A DNA stretch of 64,000 nt, taken from Euprymna scolopes. Lineage: Eukaryota. The notes under the pieces are model-generated. The model did not search any database and was not told where the DNA came from. It saw only the letters and a program-made list of their open reading frames with translations. Position numbers and translations under genes: made by a program. How positions within the stretch are numbered: position 1 is the first letter of the stretch; each line of letters begins with the position of its first letter. Where the stretch lies: the NCBI GenBank assembly GCA_053919585.1, contig CM132785.1. The stretch is one strand, 5' to 3'. Shown piece by piece: positions 37,432 to 50,384 of this stretch.

Positions 37432-37473
37432 ACATATTTAATCTGAAAAGGAAACACTTGATAAGTGGATAGT

Positions 37474-37520
37474 CCTTAATCCGCGGAGTTTCGAAGAAAT
37501 ACTTTCCTTCTCATCAGAGG
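37474..37520 (-). ncRNA. Penelope-type minimal hammerhead ribozyme, near-intact
   Basis: Minus: CCT CTGATGA GAAG-GAAAGTATTT-CTTC GAAAC TCCGCGGA T TA AGG. The core is intact, stem II pairs and stem III has the palindrome TCCGCGGA. There is one mismatch at 15.2/16.2 and stem I is only 3 bp. Confidence 0.65.
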
Positions 37521-37589
37521 TTAGGAATTAGCAAAATGCGAGATCGGATTTTGCATATAAAGGTATTTGATGAAACAAGTCAAAGACCT

Positions 37590-37835
37590 TACTTGATAAC
37601 AAAAAAGTGAAGCAGAGGGAATATGGTTAAGAAAAAGGTGATTACACGTGAATGGATAGTCTGGTGAAAGATAAATAATCCAATGACGGTAAAATCCAAA
37701 AATATAACTTCAAGAAAGTTAATTGAATTTCCATTTGCACAAGTAAAATCCAAGGAAATCCCGTAATTGGAAGATGGTCCAAAATAATCCAAAGGCCGAA
37801 ATCCATGGAATAATTCACAAATATGTACAATAATA
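37590..37835 (-). pseudogene. Penelope-like reverse transcriptase remnant
   Basis: Frameshifted peptides Y..DFGLW and LDFTCANGNSINFLEV.FLDFTV resemble PLE RT motifs YIDDIF.IW and I.FT......I.FLD..I. Same strand as, and upstream of, the hammerhead. Confidence 0.4.
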
Positions 37836-37874
37836 TTAATAAAAGAAAAATAAGATATGCTTTTCAAACTGCTG

Positions 37875-37934
<60 letters not shown>

Positions 37935-37944
37935 GCGTAACATA

Positions 37945-38225
37945 GGTGCCTCTCAACGTAAATAGCTCTAACTCGACAAGCTGCAAAAATCCCACTTTTT
38001 CACTGTAGAGATTCCTAGATGTTAGAAATCCTACGTAAATAGTTTATTCCCTCGAACTGCCAAACTTTGGAATCCCATCCCTGTAGCTCTGACTGTACTA
38101 ACGTGCATTATGAACAGACATTCTGCTGATCAACTCCCATACATAGTTCCTTTGTAAGTATGGACTCAAGTAGTATCCCCTTTGCGCCCAAGTGGCACTA
38201 TACCTTGTTTCGGGTTAATAAGAGT
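37945..38225 (+). mobile_element. LINE 3' fragment, copy E
   Basis: ACTCGACAAGCTGCAAAA..CCTAGATGT..AATAGTTT..CCTCGAACTGCCAAACTTTGGAAT..CAACTCCC.TACATAG, homologous to copy C. Confidence 0.8.
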
Positions 38226-38939
38226 ATAAGTTATGTTTTGATACTACACTTTGATCCAAGCCAAATGTGGAAATTGCTTGTCTACATCTAAAATCTGTCT
38301 AAATTGTGACAAACAAACCGACTGAACCAACTTTCAGCGACGATGAACGCGTATCTACAAAAGAATGAACACTATGTTTCAGTGTGCAAAGTATTTTGTG
38401 TTTCGTGCACGGTTTATTGCTCGTTGTCCTTGTAAATTCAATTATTCAAGTTTTGTGGTTTTGTTTTGGATGGGAAGCCATTCAATTCAGTTTGTGCTCT
38501 TTTAGAAAATTGAACTGACCTTATCTATAGAAAAAAGGTTTAATGTGACTGCGATAGTTATGAAGATAAAAGTTATTGTCTTTCGTTTATTATCGTCACC
38601 ATCATGAAAAAGATTACAACACCAAAGCATTATCGGTTCTATTTTTTGAAATTATAAAACATACACAAAGGCAAGGGAAAACATAATATCGCATTGTTTT
38701 AATTTAATGACAAAAGAAAACGTTCAAAGTAAACACATTTAGAAAGTTAGAGATTTTGAACAAATTATTAAAGTTTCTATCTTGTTCGTTTATTTTCTTC
38801 AGTTTATGTTTAATTGCTAACCTTTTCCATGGATAGCTAAAACCAAAGACATTAAATATAAAGAATAACTATTATATTAGTAGCAGTAAAAATATTCGAA
38901 CTGAGATCAAATACGAAAGACAAGGAGTCCAGTAACATA

Positions 38940-39240
38940 ACCATTAGCCCGGCTTGTCACGATCTTCTAAAAATGTTTTAAACCTAATTATTCTTAACAT
39001 AATGTGAACGATTCATACCAATTTTTCAATTTTCACCGCTTAGCCGCCCCTTTTTCCCGGATGAAACCCGACTAAAATTTTTTCCACATGTCTGAATATC
39101 TTATATACTAAATAAGAATCTGTAGATAAAAATCGTTTAGTATATAGGTTGACAAGTGTCCTCGCACACACATTCATTTTTATAGATATGTAGATTTACT
39201 AGCTGTCCTTATCTGCCGTTGCTTGAGAATATTTGCTTGT
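38940..39240 (-). mobile_element. Two abutting Helitron-like remnants
   Basis: A minus-strand 5' end ATCTACATATCTATAAAA at about 39195 is directly preceded by another 3' end CAAGCAACGGCAG...GCTAG|T (39199-39202). Confidence 0.35.
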
Positions 39241-40719
39241 ATTTTTCTTTTTAATTATTTTTTTTTAATATTTTAGAAGAATTTAGGAAACAACTGATCA
39301 GAAAAAAGAATCCTGGAGAAAACTACTGTTTAATAGTCTAAACATAAGGCGATTAATAGTTTTAAACCGTTTTTGTAACTATTAAATGGGGACTCATTTC
39401 GAGTTAAAATCTTTAATATTAAGCTGTCAATCGTACACTTGTATGTGGACGAAAAATCGAATCTTTAAAGCAATCGAAGTTAGCGTTATATCACCGTATA
39501 TCCATATTTTAGGTGTGTTCTTAATATTAGATGCGTAATATTTTTTTTAACTCGAAGTGGTTTACTAATATTAAAATGGTAAAACCATATTTATCGCGGT
39601 CTGTAAACAATTTGTCATTGTATTATATTCAGGCCACTAATCTGCAGCTTTACCAAATCATGATTCTACTTTTTAAAAGAAAATAGAATTGAGGAACAGA
39701 GAATGGCTTAATATTTAAGCTATTTTAGAACTATCAAGTTGTTCACAAAGTTCAAAACAACTTTGAAAGGAATTTCAAAGTAATATTCCCGTAAATATTT
39801 AAAATATTTAAATGTTCATTTTTTTTTATTTTAATGTGATCTGCTATTCTGTTAGCTTCCATGTTCTATCATCCAGGTTATTTTCAATATTTGTTCTTTA
39901 TTTGATGGGTGGTTAATCTAAATTTCTCTTGAAGGCCAATAACAGCCTAATTTCTATTTGCCTATTCTAGGACGTTTTTCGTCAAAATAATATTTACAAC
40001 TTTCGATAACCATGCTATTCCCCCAATTCCGTAAAGAGACGATCTCCACATATTTGAACGTAGAGAAACAAACTGATACATTAAAAAACGAGAGCATTAA
40101 AATCAATAGTTTCCTAGTTTTAAGTAAATCAAGATATAAATTCTTCGATTTTAACATTCAACCGTTTCTATATAGCATCTAGCGTTCGCTAGACAGAAGG
40201 GCACAATAATAACATCCAATTTAAATGTTGCAATCAATTCATCATCCAATTAATGAGACTAATTTATCAATGTCCAGTTTTATCGTTCTTCATAGATTAC
40301 AATTGTGCTGATTCAGCTTGACTGGTTTTACAACGTATCGATCATATCGAAGTTAACCAAGGTTGATCAATTGTAAATAGTACATTTGATACGATTCATT
40401 GAACATGTGTTGCTATTTAACGCATAGTTGAACGAGAATTGTAGGGTCAAATTCATTTTAAGGGCATAATCGCGCGTGCTAAATCAGATAACAGTACAAA
40501 ACTCATGGGCTGATCCCTTTGCAAAGGGGAGATCTGAATGCATATGCCCTCAAAGAGACATCAGCTTAACAGATCACCTCTGCCAACTTCGTCAAAAAGG
40601 TTGCCCTATCTTAAGGGACGATATCATTAACGGAACAAGAGACTAAACAGGCATCAGTGTTTAAATGAGATACCTTCAGTTAATCTGTTGAGTGCAATTT
40701 ATTGTTATTTAGTAAACGT

Positions 40720-41045
40720 TTTTTTATACTCACATTAAATCCAAACACGGCATATCGCCACTTGGATGTAAAGTGCTACTAATTTGGACCATGCCGAAGA
40801 AAGCAAAAATGTTAACTTACGTTACATTTGTACATATCAGTACAATTAAGGAAGCAGGCAAAAGGGAGGGAACTCCAAATTCTAGCTGTTCGAGGGAAAA
40901 AGCTTTTAGAGTAGAAATCTTACAGGTATTTAGAGACCTTAACAGTGAATGGATGTATTTTGTTGCGCAAATGTGGCAGCAATACTCCATGCATGAACGG
41001 ATGGTGGTGCAGGATACTCTCAGGTGGGAGTAGTTTTTTAGTGCG
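40720..41045 (-). mobile_element. LINE fragment with internal deletion, copy F
   Basis: KLLPPESIL..TIRSCMEYCCHI joined directly to HSLLRS..FYSKSFFPRTARIWSSLP. Confidence 0.8.
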
Positions 41046-42254
41046 ATATTGTTGACTATGTTTTCATTTAATCGATATCAAAATGGTGACTGATAATTCC
41101 AGCATTAATAAAATAATTTTTAATGTTTTAATGGATTTAAAGACTGCTCGAAAATACAATACTGTTACACAACGAAACTAATTATTTAAAGTTGAAGTGA
41201 CATGTTAAGGTCAAATCTAACTCCCAAATATAAGTCGATGAAAACACGTGATTGTAAGATAAAGATCGTTAATCTCTTTTCTGGCGTCATGTATACCAGT
41301 AAAGACGTGTCTAAGTCACTGTCACCAATAGAGTGGGAAGCGCACTATTTGGCGATGTATAAAGAAACAAATTACCTGTCTATGTCTATCACGCAAGGAA
41401 GTTGTCCCTATTATTTTTCATATGATTGTTTTAATTTCAATAACCTGTTTTCATTGATTAACATCGGCGACCGAGTGTTTCCGTCAACAAATGATCCACA
41501 ACATTGGTTCGTTAATGGTTTATAATAGTTTCTACACGATGGTTATATTTATTAGTGGATAATTATAGTAAATTTCACAGAAAGATTCAACAAAAAATTC
41601 TGAAAAAAAAATCAACGGATGTAGCACAAGGCCAACTATGTAAGTAACAATGAAATATTTGGGAAAAAAATGTTAAGATTTGTTTATAAACAGACACCAT
41701 ATATCCATTATAATAAGATAAATTGTACAAGTGTTCAAACATTAAGCTTGCAAATAAGTGTACGTATGTAAGCATGTCTGAAAAATGGTAATTTATTTTG
41801 TTTTGTAACTTAACGTTTCATTATTTTCTGGTTTGCCAATTTTTCGTTATTTCTTAGTCAATTCTGTACATTACGACTGCGTGTATATTTCAGTCTTATA
41901 AAACCATATCAGCTTTCTTAATTTCAACGGTTATGGGTTATACAAAACCCTGCCAGTGCAGCCTGTTAATAGGAAGTGGTCGCCTGTCTAGACTGCATAA
42001 AAAACGACTTTCGCATATATTCATCAAATAGAAGTTTTGTAAATCTAGAAAGCTGCATCGAAATTCACTTGCGACGGCCATGAAATACAAGGTTGTTGCT
42101 GTTCACTTGTAATTGATGAGGGTTGGGTCAGTCGGAGGACAAGCGAAAGGAAATGGTATAGGCTTAAGACGCGTCAATTCAATATACGCTCGTTGCGCTT
42201 AAATAACTTCTGGAACGTGAGCGTGATAGACCAATAATATTAACATTACAGGTA

Positions 42255-42740
42255 TAAGCGTGAGGCACCTCGGCTTGACGTTCACAAGGGACACGGGTTG
42301 GGACAGAAACATTGAGGGCATTGCAAAGACTGCTGCAAAGAAGGGGGACTCTTTACCGTGCTAGAAAGCTACGTACGCCCGAGAGTATCCTGCGCCTCTA
42401 CAAGGCAACCATTCGCCCATGTACGGAGCATTGTTGCCATATTTGGGCTAGTGAGTTTTTCTCGCACTCTAAGACAGGGTTCAAAAAGAGTCGCGAACCT
42501 AATAGGTCCCATACTGTCAGCTAAGCTTCAACCGCTGTCCTGTCGACGAAATGTTGCATCCCTATTCTGGGTTCCTGCTTCCCTGACTACTGTTCATAAG
42601 TTCAAGTCTAATGTAAACAAACCTCTTGCTGCTAAACTCCCTACATAGTATCCTTTCAAATTATGTTCCAGATAGTAGCCCCTTACAGCAAAGTTGAACT
42701 GTGCTTTTTTTAGGGTGGGGTGGAAATGCAAAAACAAAAA
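42255..42740 (+). mobile_element. LINE ORF2 fragment with internal deletions, copy G
   Basis: LGLTF....WDRNIEGIAKTAAK; LYRARKLRTPESILRLYKATIRPCTEHCCHIWA; KRVANLIGPILSAKLQPLSCRRNVASL; KFKSNVNKPLAAKLPT*; A-rich tail. Confidence 0.88.
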
Positions 42741-44282
42741 TGATATTACCAACTTCAGCGTGACAGATAAAGCGAAGTATAAATCGAACCTATAGCCTTA
42801 GGTGTACAGAGTCTTTAATTTATGATATGGCCATTTAAAGACTATAATTTAGCAATAACATCCCGTTTCAATAGTACGCGTGACGGACCAACAAACGGAC
42901 AAAACCTCTCATAAAAACGTGTGGACAGATCTTAGAAAAACATCGTGACTTTGAAATCAAATATTTTGAATCCAAAAATTTTGGTAAAAAAGGCGTTGAA
43001 AGAACTAAAGAATCCCATAAAAGAAAGTTCCTATTCTCTCGATGACAAGAGTCGTGAAATAAGCCTCACATATAGACAAGAGTCTGGCATTTGTTCTCAC
43101 AATGAAGGAAAGGACAATGGTTTCCTTGAAAATTGAGACTAGCGAAGGCCACCCAGGATTTCGGGAAGAACTTGCTGGATAATTGCTTGGATTAAAACTT
43201 TTTTTTTTTGCACAAAGGAAAATCATGAAAGCTTTAATAAATGAAAAAGCGATTAATCATGAGGATTGAGATGGTTTTTAAAAACAAAAAAGAATTGCTT
43301 TGTCCTACCTTATCGAATGAAGATGCGATGTCGTCTCTAAATGAACAATCATGTTCAGTTTTAAGTTGGATTGCGCGGTCATTAGGTACAATGTTTGAGA
43401 GAGGCTGGCCAGAGAACCAACGATCCCAAACTCAATCGCCACCCCTCCCTTGGGAACCGACGACCCTAGACTTAATCGGGTCTCCTACCCAGAAAATTAA
43501 CGACCCCGTTTTCACTCTGTACACCTCCGGCTCCCAACAACCTTCGACTCACTCTGGCTTACCCAGGTCCCACGGGTTTCATTTTAATTAGTTTAAGTAT
43601 AAATAATTCGTTATCTCTACAATTCACAATGGTCTTTGTGCATTTGGAATTTTGAGTGTTTACATTTTAATAAATAAAACTTGTCAAGATGTGGTTTAAT
43701 GTCTACATACACCCTAACACAGGCACAAATATATTTATGTGATTACAGACGCACTGGCCTCTAAACAAATACTCTCTAAACATGCATACATCTGTCCAAT
43801 CGTGTTTTTTTCCAATGAAACTAATAGCCTCATCAATCATTAGCACACTTGTCGACAAATGCACGTATAATACTGACACTTAAGAAAACACCAATACTAA
43901 TAGTTTATAAATGCTCGCACTACAATTTATCTACAAACTAATTATCTGATTATCTACCAAAGCGTGTATATCCCTCTCTAATATTCACACACTCTGTATA
44001 TCTAAAATATTGGTTCGATGGATATTTGAATGTTAACTTTTTCTCAACATCCTCCCTTCCCTTTTTGCTGCTGAAGTGATCATGTAAAATAAAATAGATA
44101 TCGTTTCTGAAACGATCGTACACAAAAGTTTTTTTTTTTTTGAATTCTTGGAACGTGTAAATCTTTTATTAATTTCAATACCGAACACACATATGTATGC
44201 ACTTAGATGCACGAACGCTAGTAGGTTGTTCGGCGAATCTACTTACATTTTTGACCCGCCATATGTGACATCTGATCTGATG

Positions 44283-44333
<51 letters not shown>

Positions 44334-44383
44334 ATGGCGTCATTGTGAAGAAAACAAGAGACAGGAATACGGATATATTATAT

Positions 44384-44744
44384 TAGTGATGGGACGATTA
44401 AAATATTTTCCCGATTCCGATACAATTACAAATTCCAATTCTTTATAAATCTCGAAATTTTTAACTATAGGGTTTCAATTTTTTCGATTACCGTAAAAAT
44501 AACATCTTACATGTACATATATTTTCTCAAACGTAAAAAAAAAACAAACAAACACACTTGTGGTGGGGGATCTATAGATTTGTTTTACTAGTAATTTCAA
44601 ACCAGTAAATATGTATTCCTTTATTACTATCAGCAAAGAGATTTTGATGTAAACAAAATCAAATAAAAGATAACTAAAGGAATCGTTTTTAGCATCGGAT
44701 AATGAACAAATTTTTCCGATTCCCGATTAATCGTCCCACCATTA
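44384..44744. mobile_element. hAT MITE
   Basis: TIRs TAGTGATGGGACGATTAA / TTAATCGTCCCACCATTA, subterminal CCGAT repeats and an imperfect 8-bp TSD (TATTATAT / ATTTATAT). Confidence 0.7.
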
Positions 44745-45156
44745 ATTTATATATATTAGTTTATTTTTTTCATAAGCGATTCTGTGGTGCTTTTTTTTTT
44801 TACTCCCGAATGCTTTAAAAGGGAGAAGTTATCTGCTCTTTGTTTATATTTTAAGTGCCCTCCCCCCACATTTTTGGGATGTATTGTTTGTAATTAATTT
44901 ATTATTTAAATATTTATTTTAAATATTTTCTACGTGCAAAAAATTAATTATATATAAAAGTATATATATAAAAAAAGTTGTACTAATAATCTGAGAACAA
45001 ATAATATTCAAAATAAGTTTTCTCTGCATATCTCGGCACTGCTTTCGGTCGACTGACATCTTGCATACAAAACAATACGAATTCAAGAAAGTGACGATTG
45101 GAGAATCTTTTACTACAGGCTCCCTGCAAGGAAGTATCCTTTGCTTCTCAACTCTT

Positions 45157-45203
<47 letters not shown>

Positions 45204-45204
45204 G

Positions 45205-45260
45205 TAATATACTGATAGTAGTTTCGTCTTTTCAAGATTTATCAGTGTGACTAGACACAG
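45205..45260 (-). ncRNA. Degenerate hammerhead motif (15.4-kb family)
   Basis: Minus: GTCTAGTCACA CTGATAA ATCTT-GAA-AAGAC GAAAC TACT ATC AGTATATTACA; adjoins (CA)n. Confidence 0.5.
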
Positions 45261-45824
45261 CGAGGTTAAAAAAAAAATGGACGCGCATCATTACATTAAC
45301 GCATGTATATAGACATAAAAGCACAATCTTATTTATTCCAGCATTAAATATTTCAAAGAACTATTTTATAAGTAAATTTCAATTCTAATGAACAGGCATA
45401 AAAAAAGTTAAAGTCATACATTATTTAAGTATTCAGTTGATAGACTACTTGCTTTCATTATGCAAACTATTGGCAGCCACTCAATCATTTTGGCCAGACA
45501 ACAGTGAATGCATTGAGCATGAGGTAAATGTAATTTCGTTTTAATCTGTGCAAACTTGAAAGCACACAATATCTGCATAATGACGAATGGAAAATATATG
45601 TAAACGATGAATGGACTGCGCTTTCTTAGACATTTTCACAGATACAGCATGGGGTGCGTATTTATGTTGATGCTGGGTGTATTCATGGTTACGAGTCTAA
45701 AACTAGATACCTCTTTTTTCAAGGGGAGACAATCACTTTTCACTCAGACATATTTCCTATAACGTATTTATTTTGTTGTAATCGCACTTTATTCACTATA
45801 TTTTCTTGAGGTTGACATTGTTTT

Positions 45825-46990
45825 CTTTTTTTTTTTCTTACTCGCCTTCACCCAAAACAAGGCATACTGCCACTTGGACGTAAGGTGCTACTGATTGGGA
45901 CCATGCCTAAGAATAATTAACAAAATGTTGGTTTACATTACATTTAAACTTATGCATATCAGTATAATCAGGGAAGCAGGTAGGTAATTCCAAAGTCTAG
46001 CTATTCGAGAGAAAAAGCTATTAGAGTAGAAAGCTCTCTGGCATTTAGGGACCTCAACAGTGAAGGGGTGTGATTTTGTTGCTAAGCTGGATTGTCGGGG
46101 ATATGTATATCATGTGGGCACAAGTGCAAGGAGTTCATCAGATCACATTCCATAAAAATACTTGTAAAACAGGCACAGAGATGCACTATTTCGGCGATGC
46201 GACAAGTGTTGAAGCCTAGTTAACAAATTGGGACCTATTAGAGTGGAGACCTTTTTTTTTGATCGTATCCAAGAGAGAGGCTAATGGTAGATACACCAGC
46301 CCACATGTAGGAACAATGATCCATGCATGGGCGAATGGTGGTCTTGTACAGGTACAGGATGCTCTCAGGTGTGAGTAGTTTTCTAACACGACAGAGGAAG
46401 CCCACCTTACTGGAAGCAGCCTCCGCAACATCCTAAATGTATTCGTTCCAGTTCATATTTGAATGTTAAGCCGAGGAGTCTGAAGGAGAAATTCACCTAG
46501 TAGGAAATTATTTGTCATGGATATCGGTAGTTGGAGAGGATTCTTGTAATTGTTAAAGGAGATAAGCTTAGTCTTATTAGCATTAAATATTACCATCCAT
46601 TTACGTCCCCATTGCACTACCGCCTGGAGGTTATTTTCTAACGATTCTGCCATTGTTTTAGATTTGTGTACATCCGTTCTTTCCTCGGGCATATTATAGA
46701 ACGTTGTATCAGCAAATATACACATCTCTGACAATATTATTGGGATGGTTGTTAATGAATATCAGGAATATAAGAAGATTAATTGCATTTATTATTCGTC
46801 CAGTTATATCGTATGCTTTTATTTTCAATAGCAGCTCTTCATTCCAAAACTTTGTCAATGGGCTTGGATATATCGAGGACAACAGTTCTGGCTTCGCTCG
46901 CCTTAACCAGTGCATGTTATGAGTTCAGAGATGACTTAAAATATCTGCAGTAAAATGACATTGCCTAAATCTGTACTATTTTTCAGAAAA
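45825..46990 (-). mobile_element. LINE ORF2 reverse-transcriptase pseudogene, copy H (longest)
   Basis: Degenerate RT motifs in order: QYRFRQ..TADIL, VVLDISK..TKFWNEELLLKIKAYDITG, LIFLIFIN, CIFADTT (YADD box), LQAVVQWGRKWMVIFNANKTKLISF, LYLYKTTIRPCMD, LQHLSHRRNSASLCLFYKYF, SFFSRIARLWNYLP; poly(A) tail. Confidence 0.92.
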
Positions 46991-48467
46991 GATTTGTTTT
47001 ATATATTTTATATAATTTTGTGTTTATATTGCTACGTTTACTTTGTAATCATTATATCGTGTATTAATGGAATCAATGTGTTGTATTACGATAAGAATAC
47101 AACGAATAACTAAGATAATTCGACGGAAAAGGACAGTATCAAAACGTATGCACCAAGTCCAAGGGAGTTAACTCCTGAAAACCCGACGCAGTGGTATTTA
47201 CACAACTTTATTTGAATATATATATATATATATATATATAAACAAGAGATAGACAAACACTGATTATCAACATCCATTTAATCATAAGTTTTAAAAGGAA
47301 ATTAGCCAAATTCCGTTTTATCTACTAAATATAACAATCTACCGATTTGTGTAGCTTTTAAGGTTCGACCATTTTTGTAAGCGTTTGTTTAAGAATCTTT
47401 TATCGTTGTCTTCGGGGCCTTGTAAACCCATCGGATTTTACATAATATAAAACATGTTTAAGAACTCAAAAATCGAAAATCAAATAAAAATAAAACACGT
47501 TCACCTTTTTCTGTTAACCATTATAGACAATCGCCAAAAATGTGTAAAAATGAAGCTAAACAAACATTTTATTTGTATTTTTACCATAGAATACCGTTTT
47601 TACTGTGAATTATTTCATTTTATAATTTTTGGACTTTAAGAATGTAATTTCCATGAAAGAAAAGATAGTAAATAAAAGGAATTTAAATATGATGCTAAAC
47701 GTTAAAAGAAAATAATACTTACATGGACTCGATGACAGGGAACAAATTTTCTTGCTCTAGAACTTACCTAAAATAAACAAAATAATTTTTCAATTAGCAA
47801 TACATAATTTACTAAACTGTTTCCAAAAAAAAAAAAAAAAAAAAAAAAAGCTTTAAGCAATGAAAAAAAAAGAAAACAGGTTTTAAGCCATGAAAAAAAA
47901 AAACCGGTCTCATTTTCATAATTTGTAATTGTGCGCATTAAGAACAGAGTATCGTCAGCTATTTCCGAAAAGTCACGAAACGAGAATAATTTCTCGGGTA
48001 TTTCCGTAACGTAAATTTCTAAAAATAGAGACTATTACTGCGACAGGATTTTTCTTAATAGTTTCTTAATCAACTCTATAATTGTCCACTTCGAGTTAAT
48101 GTGACGAATGCGGTATGTATAAAGAAAAACATGAAATTCCAGCAAACAAAAAACAAAACAAAAATAAAACATAACTTGTAGCAATTCCAATACAGATTGG
48201 AATTTGTGTACCCCGTATTGACAATATAAACGTCGCCATAAAAACACGAGAAATGATCTTGAAGCACGTTTTAAAAAGAAAAAAAAAATCTCTCGTGGTA
48301 AAATGTTAAAAAAAGTTGTAATTGTTATGTTCATTAGCGGAGAACTTCCTGCCTACGAAGATTGCCGAACATCCATATTCTTCTACTGAAAAACGAACAC
48401 AAGGCCAAGAATCCACAGTAGATGTGTAAGCATGAAATAATTAATCGCACGTAAAGATATATATTTC

Positions 48468-48701
48468 TTTTAAATTATTATATATATATATATATATATA
48501 TCTTCAATTATATATATATTTGAAATTATTATATATATATATCTTCAATTATATATATATTTGAAATTATTATATATATATATATATATTTTAAATTATT
48601 ATATATATATCTTTTAAATTATTATATATATATCTTTTAAATTATTATATATATATCTTTTAAATTATTATATATATATCTTTTAAATTATTATATATAT
48701 C
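48468..48701. repeat. AT-rich ~23-bp minisatellite
   Basis: Repeats of CTTTTAAATTATTATATATATAT with variable (TA)n. Confidence 0.85.
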
Positions 48702-49487
48702 TGACAAAAATCGCCTTAGACAAACATGAAGCCACTTTATGTAAGGTCGAAAACGCGCAAACAATGACATTCTGATCCAGAAAACAGTAATGCCTCCGTC
48801 TTTGTTAGAAACATCAGTCATGGAATGTGAGGACTAAAGGACAAAATACGGGAAGCGTAAGTTACCAGGCTGAAAATGGTTCACTTTATACCATCGGACT
48901 GCATTTCTTTCTTTGATGCATGTTTTATTAAACAGCAGTGACAATTCCTGTTTGTTTCTTTTCAGATCCATCTTTTCGGGTCGGCGATGTCTCAGATTGC
49001 AACTAGCATATCTTCATCGGAAACGTAGTTATACAGGCAAACACACCCATCATCAACCAGACTTAATCCAAGGATACTTAAAGGCTTTTGAAACGATAAC
49101 CGACTTAAATTCTACAGTTGTAACTTTATAACTTATCACGTGCCGGGCAAGCGTCGAAAACGATTGTAGATATGTCGAACTCTTGTTCACACTCGAACAG
49201 AACATTATATCACTGGCCTGCAAAATTGTAAAGATTGAGTCGAAAAAAAACAAAACAAAAAAAAACTAACAGACGAAATCAATTTAATAAAAAAACAATA
49301 TATTATAAAATAATTAAATAATCGTAGCGTAAAGCTTTAACAGAGCAAAACATATCACAAAAAAAAGAAAAAGCTCAACACTATCAAGGGGAGCAAAAAT
49401 AATATTAAATGAAAGAGGAATAAAAGTTATGACTTTTATTATCAGAACAATAATGAAAGGTATTTGTAGACAAAACCTTTTCGAGCC

Positions 49488-49775
49488 ATGACATTTCGGA
49501 GGTAAATGCTTCTCATCAGAAGAAGAGAAGGATCAGAATGATACAAAATGCGACTATAGGAAAACTGGTTTAATGGCATTTAGAAATGAAATGAGATGAA
49601 GGAATGGGATAAAATGGTAAATAGTAATTAAAAGTAGGTACAATATATAATGGTAAATCTGACAGATTCCATATATATATATATATATATGGAAATACAT
49701 ATACAAATAGATAAACATAAAACGATCTGAAAGTGAGGAAAACGGGATGAGAAAAATGTTCCAAATAAGTTAAAT

Positions 49776-49780
<5 letters not shown>
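49488..49780 (-). mobile_element. Penelope-like pseudo-LTR remnant with degenerate minimal hammerhead
   Basis: Minus 49527-49490: CTT CTGATGA GAAG-CATTTAC-CTCC GAAA T GTC (stem I not preserved). The upstream peptide ILFNLFGTFFSS weakly recalls the PLE GIY-YIG end LIF.LGTL.P.GLN. Confidence 0.35.
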
Positions 49781-49845
<65 letters not shown>

Positions 49846-50384
49846 CAGACACGCAAAAGTGATAGGGGGAGACAGAGGTGGATAACATGGAGATGCTTTC
49901 AGAAAGTGAGTATTGTGTATATTTTATGTCATATTACACGACAGGAAATTAAATATATGTTTGCAGCAAAGTTTAAATACACACGCCGATCACAGAAATA
50001 TATCTACAATTCTCACAAAAGCCATAATTTTGAAAACCCTGACGTAAATGTTTTCAAACCCGCTTTGAAATAAAACATGCTACAACTTGAAAACTGTCCT
50101 TTATTCTTTTCATCTTGTGATGTTTTATTTTGTAAAACTTATTAAATTGAATAAATGATAAACTGGAAAAATTGCATCAAAGAAACAAGTCGCTACACGA
50201 AAATATTTGTGTTCTCTTGAAGAATTGGAAAATCATGGTGTTTATGAATGTCACGTCCGCTCTCGCAGAGTTGATCGGACATGAAAATTGAGAAACTCGT
50301 ATGAACGGAAATATCAGAATTTCAAACATTAATAATCATATGCAGTTTTATTTACACGTATCAACAATTTTTTAAATTCCATTT

